From assembly GCA_022340285.1 (NCBI GenBank), contig JAJDOG010000034.1, forward strand, positions 16,552-80,551: a DNA stretch of 64,000 bases. Direction: 5' to 3'. Position numbers and translations under genes: made by a program. Every line of letters begins with the position of its first letter. The first letter of the stretch is position 1. The DNA comes from Betaproteobacteria bacterium (lineage in GTDB: Bacteria > Pseudomonadota > Gammaproteobacteria > Burkholderiales > SG8-39). Below, piece by piece: positions 62,783 through 64,000 of this stretch. The notes beneath the pieces are model-generated. The model was given only the letters and a program-made list of their open reading frames with translations. It was not told the origin of the DNA and made no database searches.

Positions 62783-63721
62783 ATGGGCAACAGGCTGCGC
62801 CGGCAGGACGCGGCGTTTCGTTTCGTCACCCAGGGTTTTGCCTTCCTCGTCCTCCTCGTGCTGGCCGGCATCATCCTTACGCTGATCGCCGGCAGCTGGC
62901 AATCGATCACGAGATTCGGCGCCGGTTTCCTCATCAGCAGCGAATGGAACCCCGTCACCGAGGAATTCGGTGCGCTGGTGCCCATCGTCGGTACGCTCGT
63001 GACTTCGGCGATCGCGTTGCTCATCGGCGTCCCGGTGAGCTTCGGAATCGCCCTTTTCCTGACCGAGCTCTCCCCGGTATGGCTGCGGCGTCCGATCGGC
63101 ACGGCGATCGAGCTTCTCGCCGCCATCCCGAGCATCATCTACGGCATGTGGGGGTTGTTCGTGTTCGCTCCCCTTTTCGCCGATCATGTGCAGCCGCTCC
63201 TGATCGACGTCCTCGGCCCGATTCCCCTGATCGGTGTCCTGTTCGAGGGACCGCCGATGGGGATCGGCGTGCTGACGGCCGGCATAATCCTCGCCGTGAT
63301 GGTGATTCCGTTCATCTCGGCCGTCATGCGCGACGTGTTCGAGATCGTGCCCGCGGTGATAAAGGAATCCGCATACGGAGTCGGTGCGACGACGTGGGAG
63401 GTGGTCTGGAACGTCGTGCTTCCCTACACGAAGGTCGGCGTCATCGGCGGGATCATGCTCGGACTCGGGCGTGCGCTCGGCGAAACGATGGCCGTCACGT
63501 TCGTGATCGGGAACGCGCATCGGCTGTCGAGCTCGCTGCTCGCGCCCGGGAACAGCATCGCGTCCGCCCTGGCGAACGAGTTCACGGAGGCCGTCGGTGA
63601 GCTCTATTTCTCGGCGTTGATCGAGCTGGGGCTGATACTGTTCGTCATCACCTTCATCGTCCTGTCGCTGTCCAAGCTGCTCCTGCTCCGGCTGGCCCGA
63701 CGGGAAGGCAAGCAGACCTGA
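62783..63721 (+). CDS. pstC: Phosphate ABC transporter permease PstC
   Basis: 6-TM permease with an EAA-type loop ([24 protein letters not shown]). ATG at 62783 is preferred; the ORF opens at 62690. Confidence 0.92.
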   Translation: MGNRLRRQDAAFRFVTQGFAFLVLLVLAGIILTLIAGSWQSITRFGAGFLISSEWNPVTEEFGALVPIVGTLVTSAIALLIGVPVSFGIALFLTELSPVWLRRPIGTAIELLAAIPSIIYGMWGLFVFAPLFADHVQPLLIDVLGPIPLIGVLFEGPPMGIGVLTAGIILAVMVIPFISAVMRDVFEIVPAVIKESAYGVGATTWEVVWNVVLPYTKVGVIGGIMLGLGRALGETMAVTFVIGNAHRLSSSLLAPGNSIASALANEFTEAVGELYFSALIELGLILFVITFIVLSLSKLLLLRLARREGKQT

Positions 63722-63739
63722 CACGCTGGGCTGCCGCGA

Positions 63740-64000
63740 ATGGATCTGTATAGGCGCCGCTTGTGGATGAACAGGTTCAACCTGTTCATGTCGCTCGTTG
63801 CGACGGCGTTCGGGCTGTTCTGGCTCGCATGGATCCTGTGGACCCTCTTCGACGCCGGGCTGGCGGCGGTGCGGCCCGAAGTCTTCACGCAGATGACGCC
63901 GCCGCCGGGAAACTCCGGCGGGTTGCTCAACGCGATCGTCGGGTCGCTGATCATGGCGGGTGGGGCGACACTGCTCGGTACGCCGATCGGGATTCTGGCG
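63740..64000 (+). CDS. pstA: Phosphate ABC transporter permease PstA, N-terminal fragment (continues beyond the window)
   Basis: My own translation from the ATG at 63740 gives MDLYRRRLWMNRFNLFMSLVATAFGLFWLAWILWTLF...GGLLNAIVGSLIM. The frame is open to the window end, and the position after pstC fits. Confidence 0.8.
   Translation, partial: MDLYRRRLWMNRFNLFMSLVATAFGLFWLAWILWTLFDAGLAAVRPEVFTQMTPPPGNSGGLLNAIVGSLIMAGGATLLGTPIGILA

Overview
High-GC (roughly 65-70 percent by eye) proteobacterial chromosome segment. Gene order suggests a betaproteobacterium of Burkholderiales/Rhodocyclales type: bamD-rluD-pgeF, prfB-lysS, recJ, lolCE-lolD, comEC, relA, ppk/ppx, and fur-bamE-dapB-carAB-greA-yhbY-rlmE-ftsH-folP-glmM-pstSCA. 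This is inference from synteny, not a search. Almost all of the window is densely packed core housekeeping genes. I called about 57 CDS. I found no rRNA, tRNA, CRISPR, transposase, integrase, prophage or recognisable defence genes. Two storage-polymer modules stand out. One is a complete PHA regulon (phaC-phaA-phaB-phaB', divergent phasin/phaR with a perfect 21-bp palindromic operator candidate, plus bktB). The other is a polyphosphate/stringent module (relA, CYTH-CHAD, ppk1, ppx, sixA, and pstSCA at the right edge). The most unusual items are: (1) a roughly 380-bp MITE-like inverted-repeat element at 24.8-25.2 kb, whose 52-55 bp hairpin unit recurs at 19.1-19.2 kb, next to a terminator-bearing structured RNA candidate; (2) a full-length enolase paralogue that appears to have lost its catalytic residues; (3) a Tat-exported multicopper oxidase in which three trinuclear-cluster histidines are replaced by glutamine; (4) a cfa-like methyltransferase tightly linked to a DHCR24-like FAD reductase, a pair expected to make mid-chain methyl-branched rather than cyclopropane fatty acids; (5) an unrecognisable 282-aa protein translationally coupled to an alpha/beta hydrolase. 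I did not find a convincing multi-gene novel system. The many long antisense ORFs in the track look like high-GC artefacts.
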